Positions 19,093 to 28,907 of a stretch of DNA of 64,000 nucleotides are shown here, piece by piece. Both the position numbers and the translations under genes were made by a program. The notes under the pieces were generated by a model that did not search any database, had not been told where the DNA came from, and worked only from the letters and a program-made list of their open reading frames with translations. Location: positions 6,422-70,421 of the forward strand of contig JAJDNP010000153.1 in the NCBI GenBank assembly GCA_022340645.1. The letters run 5' to 3'. The DNA is from Gammaproteobacteria bacterium (lineage in GTDB: Bacteria; Pseudomonadota; Gammaproteobacteria; SZUA-229). Every line of letters starts with the position of its first letter. Within the stretch, counting starts at the first letter, position 1.

Positions 19093-21849
19093 ATGAACTC
19101 TTTGCATCAAGGAGTCAATGACTCACTATCGAGACTTGTATTCTACCTGATCGTCGTGTTCGGGATCATACTGCTTGCAAATGGCGCTTATCTTGCTCTC
19201 ATCGATGCGATAGAACGGTTTTCCGGTACCGTTATTCAAAACAGCAGTTATCAGTACATGTTCGCTTTCCACCTGCTGCTGGGTATCATAGCCATGCTGT
19301 TAACGGTTATTTACGTATATCGTCATAGCCGACGTGCAGCCAAAAGCAGGAATTCTGCAGCCGCTAAACAGGGGCTGCGCCTGGTAGTCATCCTGGCGGT
19401 GATTTATGTCACGGGTATACTGCTTACCCGCGGTTTTATCGACCTGGACAACTACGTGCCGTATATCCGGCTGCTGTTTTACTGTTTTCATGTCGCTTTG
19501 CCGCTGCTTGCAATATTCATTTATCTTAAGCACCGTCGCCTGGGCGACAACAGGAAACAGTTTCTGCAAAGGCTGCTGGTACCGCTGCTGCTGGTTTTCG
19601 GCGCCGGGCCATTGCTGGCGCACATTCCCGGCGGCAAATCCAGTGATGTTTCAGAAACCATGACGCCATCAACCCGGGCGTCATCCTTTTTACCGTCACT
19701 GATCAAAACATCTAACGGCCGCTCAATTGCTGAAGGCGAGTTGATGCGTACGGATTACTGCCTGCAGTGCCATGAAGACAGCCACGAACGCTGGAGCCAT
19801 AGTGCTCACCGCTACTCGTCGTTCAATAATCCGTTTTATCGCTTTTCGATAGACAACCTCCGGGAAAAGTTGAAACAGCGCGATGGCAATGTTGAAGCGT
19901 CGAGATTATGTGCCGGTTGCCATGACCCGATCCCGTTACTGTCGGGTGAATTCGACCGGGAAGATTTTTCTGCCGATAATCACGCATCGGCGTCTGCCGG
20001 ACTTACATGTAGCGTGTGCCATTCGATTACCAGTATCGATTCCGTTCGCGGCAATAACGATTTTACTGTCACCGTCCCTGAGCATTACCCGTTTGCTTTT
20101 AGCGACTCGGCTGTACTGCACTGGTTCAGTAATTTACTGATCAAGTCCAATCCCGATTTTCACCGCAGAATGTTTTTGAAGCCATTGCACAAAACAGCAG
20201 AATTTTGCAGCACCTGTCACAAGGTCCACATACCGCCGGAAATCAACCGCTATGTATGGTTGCGGGGGCAGGACCATTATGATTCGTTCCTGCTGAGCGG
20301 TGTTTCCGGCCACAGCGTCAGCAGTTTCTATTACCCGGAGATGGCTTTTGATCGTTGCGCCAGTTGCCACATGCCGCCGCTCAGGTCAGATGAATTCGGC
20401 GCCAGCCATGATAAGGATAATTTACTCGGCAATGAGCGTTTTCTTCACGATCACCTGTTCGCCGCGGCAAATACGGCGCTCACGCATGAACTGGAGAATG
20501 ACAACCAGGACATCCTTAATCTGAGGCAGTCGTTCCTGGCAAAGGCCGCGACGGTCGATATCATCGGTATCAGGCAGCAGGGCAGGATCGACGGTAAACT
20601 GGTCAGTCCGCTGGAAGGGGCCGACCTCAGGCTGCAGCCGGGTGAGACGTATTTACTCGAGGTCGTGGTCAGGACGACTGGCATGGGGCACGCGTTTACC
20701 CAGGGTACGTCTGATTCAAACCAGCTATGGCTGGAGCTGCAGCTGGTGAATAATGGCCGTATCTTCGCGCAAAACGGCGTCCTGGATGCAGGCTCCGCCA
20801 GGCTGAGCGCTAATAGCCACATGATCAACAGCTACCTGATTGATAAAGCGGGAAACCGGATCAGTCGAAGAAACGCCGAGGACATTCACACGGTGTTATA
20901 TGACCACCAGATTCCCCCGGGCGCCGCTGATGCGATTCACTACCGTTTTACCATTCCACGGGAGATGGCAGGCAGTATTGATATTGCCGCGGCGCTGAAA
21001 TACAGGAAGTTCGATACCGATTATTACCTGCTGTCTACCGGCAGTGACGGTGATGTTAATCCATTGCCGGTGACCACAATTTCCCGGGACCGGGCCGCGT
21101 TAAAACTGACTGGTGCGGAAGAAGATATGCTCGAAAACGAAAAAGTGCCGAAAAAAGCCTTATGGGAAAGGCTGAATGATTATGGCATCGGGCTGTTCAG
21201 GAAGCCGGACAAATCCCAGTTCCGCCAGGCCGAAGCGGTTTTTAAAAGGGTTGAGGCACTCGGCAGGCAGGAGGGGACCCTGAATCTCGCCCGCCTGTAT
21301 TACAGTGACGGCCGGCTGGAACAGGCTTCTGCCGCGCTGGACAGACTGGATTATGCCGCCATCGACAATCCATGGACAGTGACCTGGCTCGCTGCCCTGA
21401 TCGACAGGGACAACGGATATCTCGATGAAGCCATCACCCTGTTCGAAAAGCTGATCAATACACAATGGTCTTCAGCGGCGGCCAGGGGTTTTGATTTTTC
21501 GAAAGATTACCGCCTGTTGAATACCTGCGCGTCGACGCTGTTAACTCGCGCCAGAATGGAAAAGCCAGGGTCGACCAGCCGTCAGGCGTTTATCGACCGC
21601 GCCAGCGCCATGTATGAACGCGCACTGTCTCTCGACCCCGAAAACGTGGCCGCGCATTATGGCATGATGCAGGTCTACAGGCTCGAAGGAAAACCGGAGC
21701 AGGCGAAAATACAACAGCAGTTACACAAGCTGTATAAACCTGATGATTCGTCCAGGGACACCGCCATTGGTCTCGCCAGGGAGAAGGACCCTTATGCAGA
21801 TCTTACCGCGAATCCTGTTGTTATCTATGATCTGGTCAAAGTCAATTAA
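19093..21849 (+). CDS. Membrane-anchored multihaem c-type cytochrome (5 CXXCH) with C-terminal TPR domain
   Basis: 918 aa: N-terminal ~190 aa with ~5 predicted TM helices; five haem-binding motifs CLQCH, CAGCH, CSVCH, CSTCH, CASCH between residues ~220-430; beta-rich middle; C-terminal ~200 aa TPR-like (LNLARLYYSDGRLEQA..., AAHYGMMQVYRLEGKPEQA). Confidence 0.75.
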   Translation: MNSLHQGVNDSLSRLVFYLIVVFGIILLANGAYLALIDAIERFSGTVIQNSSYQYMFAFHLLLGIIAMLLTVIYVYRHSRRAAKSRNSAAAKQGLRLVVILAVIYVTGILLTRGFIDLDNYVPYIRLLFYCFHVALPLLAIFIYLKHRRLGDNRKQFLQRLLVPLLLVFGAGPLLAHIPGGKSSDVSETMTPSTRASSFLPSLIKTSNGRSIAEGELMRTDYCLQCHEDSHERWSHSAHRYSSFNNPFYRFSIDNLREKLKQRDGNVEASRLCAGCHDPIPLLSGEFDREDFSADNHASASAGLTCSVCHSITSIDSVRGNNDFTVTVPEHYPFAFSDSAVLHWFSNLLIKSNPDFHRRMFLKPLHKTAEFCSTCHKVHIPPEINRYVWLRGQDHYDSFLLSGVSGHSVSSFYYPEMAFDRCASCHMPPLRSDEFGASHDKDNLLGNERFLHDHLFAAANTALTHELENDNQDILNLRQSFLAKAATVDIIGIRQQGRIDGKLVSPLEGADLRLQPGETYLLEVVVRTTGMGHAFTQGTSDSNQLWLELQLVNNGRIFAQNGVLDAGSARLSANSHMINSYLIDKAGNRISRRNAEDIHTVLYDHQIPPGAADAIHYRFTIPREMAGSIDIAAALKYRKFDTDYYLLSTGSDGDVNPLPVTTISRDRAALKLTGAEEDMLENEKVPKKALWERLNDYGIGLFRKPDKSQFRQAEAVFKRVEALGRQEGTLNLARLYYSDGRLEQASAALDRLDYAAIDNPWTVTWLAALIDRDNGYLDEAITLFEKLINTQWSSAAARGFDFSKDYRLLNTCASTLLTRARMEKPGSTSRQAFIDRASAMYERALSLDPENVAAHYGMMQVYRLEGKPEQAKIQQQLHKLYKPDDSSRDTAIGLAREKDPYADLTANPVVIYDLVKVN

Positions 21850-21872
21850 TTGCTTTATGTGTAAATGAAAAC

Positions 21873-23645
21873 ATGAAAAAAATATCTGTTATAAGCATCA
21901 GCCTGGTGGTCTTCGCCTGTATTGCCTGTGATAAAACCCAGCAGGCTACGCAGGACAAACCCGTTTCAACAAAGCCGTTGCAGGCGGCTGAGCAGGCTAT
22001 GCCCGAGATCCGGTTTGAAGAGATATCCGCCAAAGCAGGCATTGATTTTATCTATGAAGACGGTGCGCAGGGTGACAAGTGGGCGCCCGAGACCATGATC
22101 GGCGGCGTGGCGTTTGTCGATTACGATAACGATGGTGACCCGGACCTGCTGGCGGTGTCAGGCACCAGCTGGCAGCATTATGAAGATAACAGCGGTCCGG
22201 TGACGGTGGCGCTTTTTCGAAACGATGGCGGCGGTGGATTTACCAATGTTAGCACTGAAGTGGGACTGGACTTTAACGGTTATGGTTTCGGTTTTGCCAT
22301 CGGTGATATTGACGATGATGGCTGGCAGGATATCTATATAACCGCGCTGGGAGAGAACCGGCTCTACAGGAATAATAAAGGTATTTCATTCACGGATGTT
22401 ACCCGTGAATATCATGTTGCCGGTGAAAAGCAGGGCTATAGCACCAGCGCGGCATTTTTTGATGCTGATAATGACGGTGACCTTGATCTGTATGTTGCCA
22501 ACTATGTCCGCTGGAACAAAGAAATCGATTCCCGGACAAATGATAATGTTATCGGCCTGGCGAAAGCTTACAGCGGACCAAAGGTATTCGAGGGAGTGCA
22601 GCCCTATTTTTTCAGGAACGATGGCGCATCAGGTTTCAGGGAGGAAGCAAAGGCATCGGGCCTGAATGTCAACACCCATGGTGCAAAATCGCTGGGCAGG
22701 GCGCTGGGCAAAACGCTGGGTATATTACCGATCGATCTAAACAGTGATGGCTATATCGATCTGATCGCGGCAAATGACATGGTGCGGAACATTGCATTCA
22801 TTAATGACGGTAAGGGCGGGTTTGTCGAGCAGGGAGAAGAGATCGGACTTGCCTATAATAATTTCGGCACGGCGACTGCGGCGATGGGTATCGATGCTGC
22901 CTGGCTGACGGATGATCTAACGCTGACCATCGCCATGGGAAATTATGCCTCTGAAATGACGTCTATCTATCGCCTCGATGCACAGCATTTCGTGTTCTCG
23001 GATGACGCCCCGCTAACCGGTATCGGGCCGAAATCCCGTAATGCACTGACTTTCGGTGTTCTGTTTATTGATCTTGACCTGGATGGACGCATGGACATGG
23101 TGCAGGCCAATGGTCATGTCGAGCCGGATATAGCGCTGGAGCAGGAATCACAGTCATACAGACAGCCGGCACAGATATTCTGGAATTGTGGACCAGGATG
23201 CGCCAGGCCGTTCGTACTTATGCCTTTGCCATTAATCGGCGACCTGGCTCAACCAATGGTTGGACGGGGCCTTGCGGCAGCGGATATAGATAATGATGGT
23301 GATATCGACCTTGCAATCTCTGAAATCGCTGGCAGGCTCCGCCTGTTTGAAAATAAACAGCAGGCAGCAAATAACTGGCTCAAACTCAGACTTGCGCAAG
23401 CGGATAAAAACAAATTTGCTATCGGCGCCATGGTCGAAATCCATTATGATGACCATGTTCAAAAACAGCAGCTCATGCCCGCAAGAAGTTATGTTTCCCA
23501 GGTGGAAAACATACTTACCTTCGGTCTGGGAAAATCGAACCGTGTTGATACGATTAAAATTACCTGGCCGGACGGACAGCAGCAGATAATAAACGATGTC
23601 GCGGCTAACCAGCTGTTGAAGCAGGTCAAACAAAATAACAACTGA
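21873..23645 (+). CDS. CRTAC1-family lipoprotein (FG-GAP/VCBS repeats + ASPIC/UnbV C-terminal domain)
   Basis: 590 aa; lipoprotein signal MKKISVISISLVVFACIAC; repeated Ca-binding FG-GAP motifs DYDNDGDPDLL, IDDDGWQDIY, DADNDGDLDLY, DIDNDGDIDLA; C-terminal UnbV/ASPIC-like region; 23-nt gap to upstream cytochrome gene suggests co-transcription. Confidence 0.75.
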   Translation: MKKISVISISLVVFACIACDKTQQATQDKPVSTKPLQAAEQAMPEIRFEEISAKAGIDFIYEDGAQGDKWAPETMIGGVAFVDYDNDGDPDLLAVSGTSWQHYEDNSGPVTVALFRNDGGGGFTNVSTEVGLDFNGYGFGFAIGDIDDDGWQDIYITALGENRLYRNNKGISFTDVTREYHVAGEKQGYSTSAAFFDADNDGDLDLYVANYVRWNKEIDSRTNDNVIGLAKAYSGPKVFEGVQPYFFRNDGASGFREEAKASGLNVNTHGAKSLGRALGKTLGILPIDLNSDGYIDLIAANDMVRNIAFINDGKGGFVEQGEEIGLAYNNFGTATAAMGIDAAWLTDDLTLTIAMGNYASEMTSIYRLDAQHFVFSDDAPLTGIGPKSRNALTFGVLFIDLDLDGRMDMVQANGHVEPDIALEQESQSYRQPAQIFWNCGPGCARPFVLMPLPLIGDLAQPMVGRGLAAADIDNDGDIDLAISEIAGRLRLFENKQQAANNWLKLRLAQADKNKFAIGAMVEIHYDDHVQKQQLMPARSYVSQVENILTFGLGKSNRVDTIKITWPDGQQQIINDVAANQLLKQVKQNNN

Positions 23646-23866
23646 AGCGGGCGCCGAGGCTGCCGCATGCACGATTGTCCTGTTTTATGAATAACATCCA
23701 TGTTATTCCTCCTGCGGTGTATCTCATCATTGCAGAACCCGCACTTCGCGGGGAATGAGGCGCTCGCCCACGCTGAAAAACACGCGTGCTCAGACAGTTT
23801 TCACAGAAAGCCCATGATAACGGCACAGCCTCAATGGCTTGTTTAAGGTGGATGTAACGTCAAAAG

Positions 23867-23917
23867 CAAAAACAAAAACAAAAACAAAAACAAAAACAAA
23901 AACAAAAACAAAAACAA
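23867..23917. repeat. Hexanucleotide microsatellite (CAAAAA) x ~8.5
   Basis: Perfect tandem copies read directly in the intergenic region downstream of the CRTAC1 gene. Confidence 0.95.
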
Positions 23918-24004
23918 GCCTAAAACCTGTAAGCTCACCTTCATTAAGTTATGCTGTCAGAGAAAAATCGGCCATGTGCAGACTGCCATGAAAAACTATT
24001 TTTA

Positions 24005-24163
24005 CCGCAAATGAACGTAAATACACGCAAATAAAAAACTATTTAAGTCCATAGATAAAAACGTTCTCAGGCTTATAAATATCTGTATTCATCTGCGTTT
24101 ATCTGTGGATAATCTACTTTTTGCTTTTAAATATTTGTGTGTATTTGCGTTCATTTGCGGAAG
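24005..24163. mobile_element. Miniature inverted-repeat element copy B (~158 bp) related to copy at 9271-9430
   Basis: Left end accgcaaatgaacgtaaatacacgcaaataaaaaactatttaag; right end gtgtgtatttgcgttcatttgcggaag is the reverse complement (CCGCAAATGAACGCAAATACACAC); same termini and AAAAACTAT internal motif as copy A. Confidence 0.7.
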
Positions 24164-24471
24164 AATCTAAAAGTTTTTTCTTTTTCATCAACGGGCATTC
24201 AGGGTCGGTTCTTTACCTTCGGAAGTATTTTTCGTGAGTCCGTTAACAAAAACACACTGTATCCTGAATAGCGGGCTCCCATTTATTTACATCAACAGGG
24301 CATGTACGGCCAGGAAAGGACTGCCATACAAATAAAATCCCGCCACGCTGTCTGTCATGCTACCAGGCGGGTCCTGTCCCTGCGCTGCCGGCTGTATATA
24401 TGCCATCGATATGATGGCGTGAAAGAGCAAATGAACCACCGCTTCCGTCAGGCGGCGTTAGTGTCGGGCAA

Positions 24472-25473
24472 TTATCTGTCGATTGATTCGCGGTATTGTA
24501 CCGGCGATTTGCCAGTCCATTTCTTGAACGCCCTGGAAAACGCGCTCTGCTCGGAGAAACCGAGCAGAAAAGCGATTTCGGTCATGCTGGTGCCGGTGTC
24601 CCTGATGTATTGCATTGCCACCATTTTACGTACGCTTTCCAGCACCTGCCGGAACGAAGTGCCCTTGTCTCTAAGCTTGCGCTGCAGGGTGCGTTCACTG
24701 AGGTGGAGTTCCCGCGCTATCATCTGGTCGGTGACCTTGCCGGAAGGCAGTTGATCGATCATTAGCGACTGGATCTGTTGTACCAGGTCACCCTTCTTTA
24801 TCCTGACCAGGTACTTCATCAATATCTCGTCATGCATCAGCGCGAGTTCCTTGTTCGCGGTCGGTAATTTCCTGTCGATATCGCCAGTGGCAAATGTCAT
24901 GCTGTACTCGCTGGCTTCGTAGACCAGCGGTGACTGGAAGTAACTGGAGAACACCTCGTGGCAGTCGGGCATGGCGTGCTGAAAGGTGATCTCAACCGCC
25001 TTCAGTTCATCGCCAAAGTTTATCCGGCTGATACGCATCAGCACTGCCATCGTAACCTGATACTGTTGTGGGTATGACATTGCCTCATCGGGTATCTTCA
25101 CTGTTACTTTCAGTCCGCGGCCCGTATCTGACAGGCAAAGATCAAGACCTTCCGACACAACATGAACAAAACGCTCGGCCCTGCCGAACGCTGTTCTCAG
25201 GCTGGTGCTGACCAGCCAGGCATAGCCCAGTGCGCCCATGAAGGACGGATGCCAGTAATGCGCCATTTTTATACCAAAACACGGATCGCCAAGCGCTTCA
25301 ACAGCATGGCCCCACAGACTGGTAAGTGCATCAAGACTGATGCGTGCCCTGGGGTTGCCTCTTAATTCCGGTGATATGCCTGCTTTAATGAACAGCTGTG
25401 CCGGGTCACACCCGTTTTCCTCAAGATGTTCCCATAGCATGTTTGTTGCCGGTGCGAAATGTGTGAGTGCCAT
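24472..25473 (-). CDS. AraC-family transcriptional regulator (N-terminal AraC-type ligand-binding domain, C-terminal dual HTH)
   Basis: 333-aa ORF; C-terminal ...ARELHLSERTLQRKLRDKGTSFRQVLESVRKMVAMQYIRDTGTSMTEIAFLLGFSEQSAFSRAFKKWTGKSPVQYRE is a canonical AraC HTH pair. Confidence 0.85.
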   Translation of the reverse strand: MALTHFAPATNMLWEHLEENGCDPAQLFIKAGISPELRGNPRARISLDALTSLWGHAVEALGDPCFGIKMAHYWHPSFMGALGYAWLVSTSLRTAFGRAERFVHVVSEGLDLCLSDTGRGLKVTVKIPDEAMSYPQQYQVTMAVLMRISRINFGDELKAVEITFQHAMPDCHEVFSSYFQSPLVYEASEYSMTFATGDIDRKLPTANKELALMHDEILMKYLVRIKKGDLVQQIQSLMIDQLPSGKVTDQMIARELHLSERTLQRKLRDKGTSFRQVLESVRKMVAMQYIRDTGTSMTEIAFLLGFSEQSAFSRAFKKWTGKSPVQYRESIDR

Positions 25474-25603
25474 TCAGTTTATCCAGAGTTCAGCTTGTTA
25501 AACGTTAAATCATTGGCGTATTTTGTCAAGGCATACATCGCCAGGCTGGCTAAATTATCAACATGTACCGGTTGCTAAATAACATTGCTGAAACGTGAGC
25601 TGA

Positions 25604-25993
25604 ATGTCTCGCTGGTTTAAATCGCGTGAACGCCAGGACTTTGAAAGGGCACGGGACTTTCTCCATAGTTCGAGGATCGTAATGAACAGTGCGGTTGAGA
25701 CAATGCGCTGCATCAGGGAACCCAACATGTATTGCCATGATCAGCAGCGCGAACTTATCACGGCGGTTATTTTAAATGCACGTTTTCTAAATAAAAACCT
25801 GGGCGACGCAATTAACAGCTTCAGCGCCTGGGAGGAGGCATTAAGAACGGTCAACCCGGAACACATCAACAGGATTCGATGCATGTTAATAAATGTGAGA
25901 AAAAATTTTGATGTAGCACGCATGCATACCGAGGAAATCAATCAATGGCTGCAACAGGATATAGACCTGGTTTCATATTACTCGAAAACATGA
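25604..25993 (+). CDS. Hypothetical protein (129 aa), no recognisable family
   Basis: ATG-initiated ORF divergent from the AraC gene in a visibly AT-richer stretch; start could alternatively be the internal MNSAVETMRC Met. Confidence 0.35.
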   Translation: MSRWFKSRERQDFERARDFLHSSRIVMNSAVETMRCIREPNMYCHDQQRELITAVILNARFLNKNLGDAINSFSAWEEALRTVNPEHINRIRCMLINVRKNFDVARMHTEEINQWLQQDIDLVSYYSKT

Positions 25994-26041
25994 AAAACCA
26001 GGATGCGTGTTACTTGAACTTATTTGACGATAGTGGTGTAT

Positions 26042-26353
26042 ATGAGCGTACAGGAAACAGTAATACAGAGATTTTTCAATAACCCGGTTTACCACGGCTA
26101 CCTGAGGGCTGCAGCGGAAAGCAGGCTGCGAACCAGTACTCGCGATTTTACAGACTGGGTTCGTGAAGTTGTAACTATAAAAAGACCGCAAGCTATTGCG
26201 CGCAACCCGCAAAACAACATGGGCCCAGATGTCGCCAATAGAGAGGTCCACCTGGAAGGCTATAAAACTCATGAAGAAGTTGTGCGCGCCTATCTTGAGT
26301 TTGCTGGCATCGACCCCGACAGTAAGGAAGGCCGGTTTTATTTCGAGCTGTAA
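26042..26353 (+). CDS. Hypothetical protein (~103 aa), no recognisable family
   Basis: ORF-track start 26024 is TTG; first ATG at 26042 (MSVQETVIQRFFNNPVYHGY...); co-directional, 30-nt gap after previous ORF. Confidence 0.35.
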   Translation: MSVQETVIQRFFNNPVYHGYLRAAAESRLRTSTRDFTDWVREVVTIKRPQAIARNPQNNMGPDVANREVHLEGYKTHEEVVRAYLEFAGIDPDSKEGRFYFEL

Positions 26354-26617
26354 GCATAACAATAATGATTTAGTAGCATGAGTTAAGCGCCGTTCATTAC
26401 TGCCCTTTGTTTGTATTATTCTTTCGTTATCGGCCCATGCCTGTGGGCTGGCTAAAAAATTCGGGTAGTAGTGAGCGGTGACTTTTATAAATGAGTCTGC
26501 CTGCGAAAGACAATTATATGCACTGAAAATCCTCGATGTTTGCCAACTGCCTGGCGCGTTAAGTCAATTCCAATGGCAAGTGATCTGCCACAATAATAAT
26601 TAACAGGAGGACTAAAT

Positions 26618-26836
26618 ATGTTAATAGATAAAGCAACCATAAAGTACCTGGCTAACTATTACTGCGGGGAACTGCCTGCCGATGGCATCAGCTTCGCCAT
26701 GTCATTATTGCGTAAAGGCAGATTTAATGCCGAATACAAAGCAAGGTGTATCCTGAAGATACTTTACCTGGACAATTTATTAAATCGAGAGAATATAACC
26801 AGTGATGGCTGGAATGCAATCTATAGAGGTCTTTAG
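26618..26836 (+). CDS. Hypothetical small protein (72 aa)
   Basis: Excellent SD (AACAGGAGGactaaatATG), ~40% GC coding sequence, followed by an imperfect GC-rich hairpin at 26838-26878. Confidence 0.45.
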   Translation: MLIDKATIKYLANYYCGELPADGISFAMSLLRKGRFNAEYKARCILKILYLDNLLNRENITSDGWNAIYRGL

Positions 26837-27135
26837 CCAGTAGGTTGGGTTAGCGTAGCGTAACCCTACCTACCGCTTTGTTCAAGCTTCATGATAGATT
26901 CTTATTTATGAATATCCCCGGCTGAATTTGGGCAACGAAAAATGGCAAATAAATAAAGACAGCAATCGACCCACATTAGCCCTGGATATAACTTTAATGC
27001 TCATTATTCTGGGCGCTGGCTACCTGCTTGTGAAATTGAGTGTTTTATAGCCTGTAGTTTACACACCGGGTACTGGTTTTAACATGTATTCGATATCCAC
27101 TATTAATTTCATCTTGTTTAGCCATGTCGAACAGT

Positions 27136-27843
27136 TTACTTCAATACTGGCAGATCAAATAAAAGCACCTCAGACAACTTCTGACCGACAATCTCTACCT
27201 TTGGCTCATCAGCAATGCAGGCAGCATCACCCGAGTGTAATGAGTTACCATTAATATGAACACTGCCCTTCGCAACATGCAGGTAGCTAACCCGTCCGGC
27301 TTGAATTTCATGACTGACAGTTTGCCCGGCATCCAGCAATGTTGCATACATCATGGCATCTGTATTGGCGCTGACTGAACCTTCACGGCCATCCGCTGAT
27401 ACCAGCAGTTTCAGCTGTCCTTTTTTGTCTTCATCACTGAAGTGTTTTTGCGCGTAGCCGGGTGTTAAGCCGCGTTTGTCTGGCAGTAGCCATATTTGCA
27501 GAAAGCTGGTGGCATAGTTAGTGGACGGATTAAACTCGGAGTGAGTGATGCCAGTGCCGGCTGACATGCGCTGCACATCGCCGGGCCGAATCACGCTGCC
27601 ATTGCCCATGCTGTCTTTGTGTTCAAGTTCGCCTTCGAGCACATAGCTTATAATTTCCATGTCAGCATGGAAGTGTGTTGGAAAGCCCGCTCCGGGGATA
27701 ACGCGGTCATCATTAATAACGCGCAACACAGAAACACCCATGTGCTCCGGGTCGTAATACTCTCCGAAGGAGAAACTGTGGTAGCTATCCAGCCAGTGGC
27801 CAGTGAAATGGCCCCGTTCATTAGCCTGTCTTACTGATAACAT
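27136..27843 (-). CDS. Pirin-family protein (bicupin)
   Basis: 235-aa ORF with pirin N-terminal cupin metal site HxH...E (GFPTHFHADMEIISYVLEGELEHKDSMGNGSVIRPGDVQRMSAGTGITHSE). Confidence 0.85.
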   Translation of the reverse strand: MLSVRQANERGHFTGHWLDSYHSFSFGEYYDPEHMGVSVLRVINDDRVIPGAGFPTHFHADMEIISYVLEGELEHKDSMGNGSVIRPGDVQRMSAGTGITHSEFNPSTNYATSFLQIWLLPDKRGLTPGYAQKHFSDEDKKGQLKLLVSADGREGSVSANTDAMMYATLLDAGQTVSHEIQAGRVSYLHVAKGSVHINGNSLHSGDAACIADEPKVEIVGQKLSEVLLFDLPVLK

Positions 27844-28792
27844 TGTTGCTGTCTCCTGTTAATCTTTCTCTGTTGTGGGCTGCGGTAAAATCTAAAGCGG
27901 GTCCCAGAGGAATAATCCCCGTCGGGTTGATAAATTTATGGCTGGCATAATAATGGGTCTTGATGTGATTCATAAACACCGTCTCTGCGACACCAGGCTG
28001 CTGGTAAAGATCCCGCGTGTAAGCCCAGAGGTTGGGGTAATCGACCAGCCGGTTCCTGTTGCACTTGAAGTGGCCGACGTAAACGGCATCAAACCTGGCC
28101 AGTGTCGGGAACAGGCGCCAGTCAGCTTCCGTGATCTGGTCACCAACCAGGTAACGCTGTTGTGCCAGCCTGTACTCCAGTTCATCCAGCGCTGAGAACA
28201 GTGCCCGAAACGCTTTTTCATAGGCGGGCTGGGTAACGGCAAAGCCAACCTTGTAAACGCCATTATTAATATTTTCGTAGACAAAGGAATTTATCTCATC
28301 GATCTCGGCTCTCAGCGCCATGGGGTAATAGTCGATTAACGGGTTACCACACTGATCAAAAGCGCTATTTAACATGCGAATAATCTCGGATGACTCGTTG
28401 TTGACGATCACATCATGCTCCTTGTCATAAAGCACCGGGACTGTCACCACGCCGTCGTAACCTGGATTGACATGTTCATAAAGGTCGGCAAGCCTTGGGT
28501 AGCCGTGATTATGCTCCGGGGTGGAACCCGGGTAGTCACCAAATACCCAGCTTTCAGCCGGCATTACCGGGTGCACAACCGAGACCGATATATGATCTTC
28601 AAGCCCTTTGAGTTTTCGATAAATCAGGGTGCGGTGCGCCCAGGGACATGCATAAGAAACATACAGATGATAGCGGCCGGATGCTGCCGCGAAACCCCCG
28701 TCACCTGTTGGGCCCGGCTCTCCGCCAGGCGTCACCCAGCTTCTGAAGCTGGATTCCCAGCGGACAAATTCACCTTCTTGGTTATTTTTCAT
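27821..28792 (-). CDS. yqjG: Xi-class glutathione S-transferase / glutathionyl-hydroquinone reductase (YqjG/ECM4-like)
   Basis: 323-aa ORF with Xi-class active-site context (RYHLYVSYACPWAHRTLIYRKLKGLEDHISVSVVHP) and overall GS-HQR length; 23-nt overlap with downstream pirin gene. Confidence 0.8.
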   Translation of the reverse strand: MKNNQEGEFVRWESSFRSWVTPGGEPGPTGDGGFAAASGRYHLYVSYACPWAHRTLIYRKLKGLEDHISVSVVHPVMPAESWVFGDYPGSTPEHNHGYPRLADLYEHVNPGYDGVVTVPVLYDKEHDVIVNNESSEIIRMLNSAFDQCGNPLIDYYPMALRAEIDEINSFVYENINNGVYKVGFAVTQPAYEKAFRALFSALDELEYRLAQQRYLVGDQITEADWRLFPTLARFDAVYVGHFKCNRNRLVDYPNLWAYTRDLYQQPGVAETVFMNHIKTHYYASHKFINPTGIIPLGPALDFTAAHNRERLTGDSNNVISKTG

Positions 28793-28907
28793 TGTGATGC
28801 TCCGTAAGTAATTCAGTTAAGCTGCTGAAGGCCGGCCATTCAAAGTCGTTTACTGTTTCAATCAGCCGGTATTTAAATGCGGCCAGGTGCTGCCCCGGCC
28901 AGCTGTT

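Noticed and set aside
19300-20828. Multiple 60-125 aa ORFs on both strands within the cytochrome gene
   Set aside because: All are nested in the 918-aa ORF whose CXXCH motifs and TM/TPR organisation make it the real gene.
23867-23917. Considered whether the CAAAAA array could be a CRISPR-like array
   Set aside because: Units are 6 bp and contiguous with no spacers; it is a simple microsatellite.
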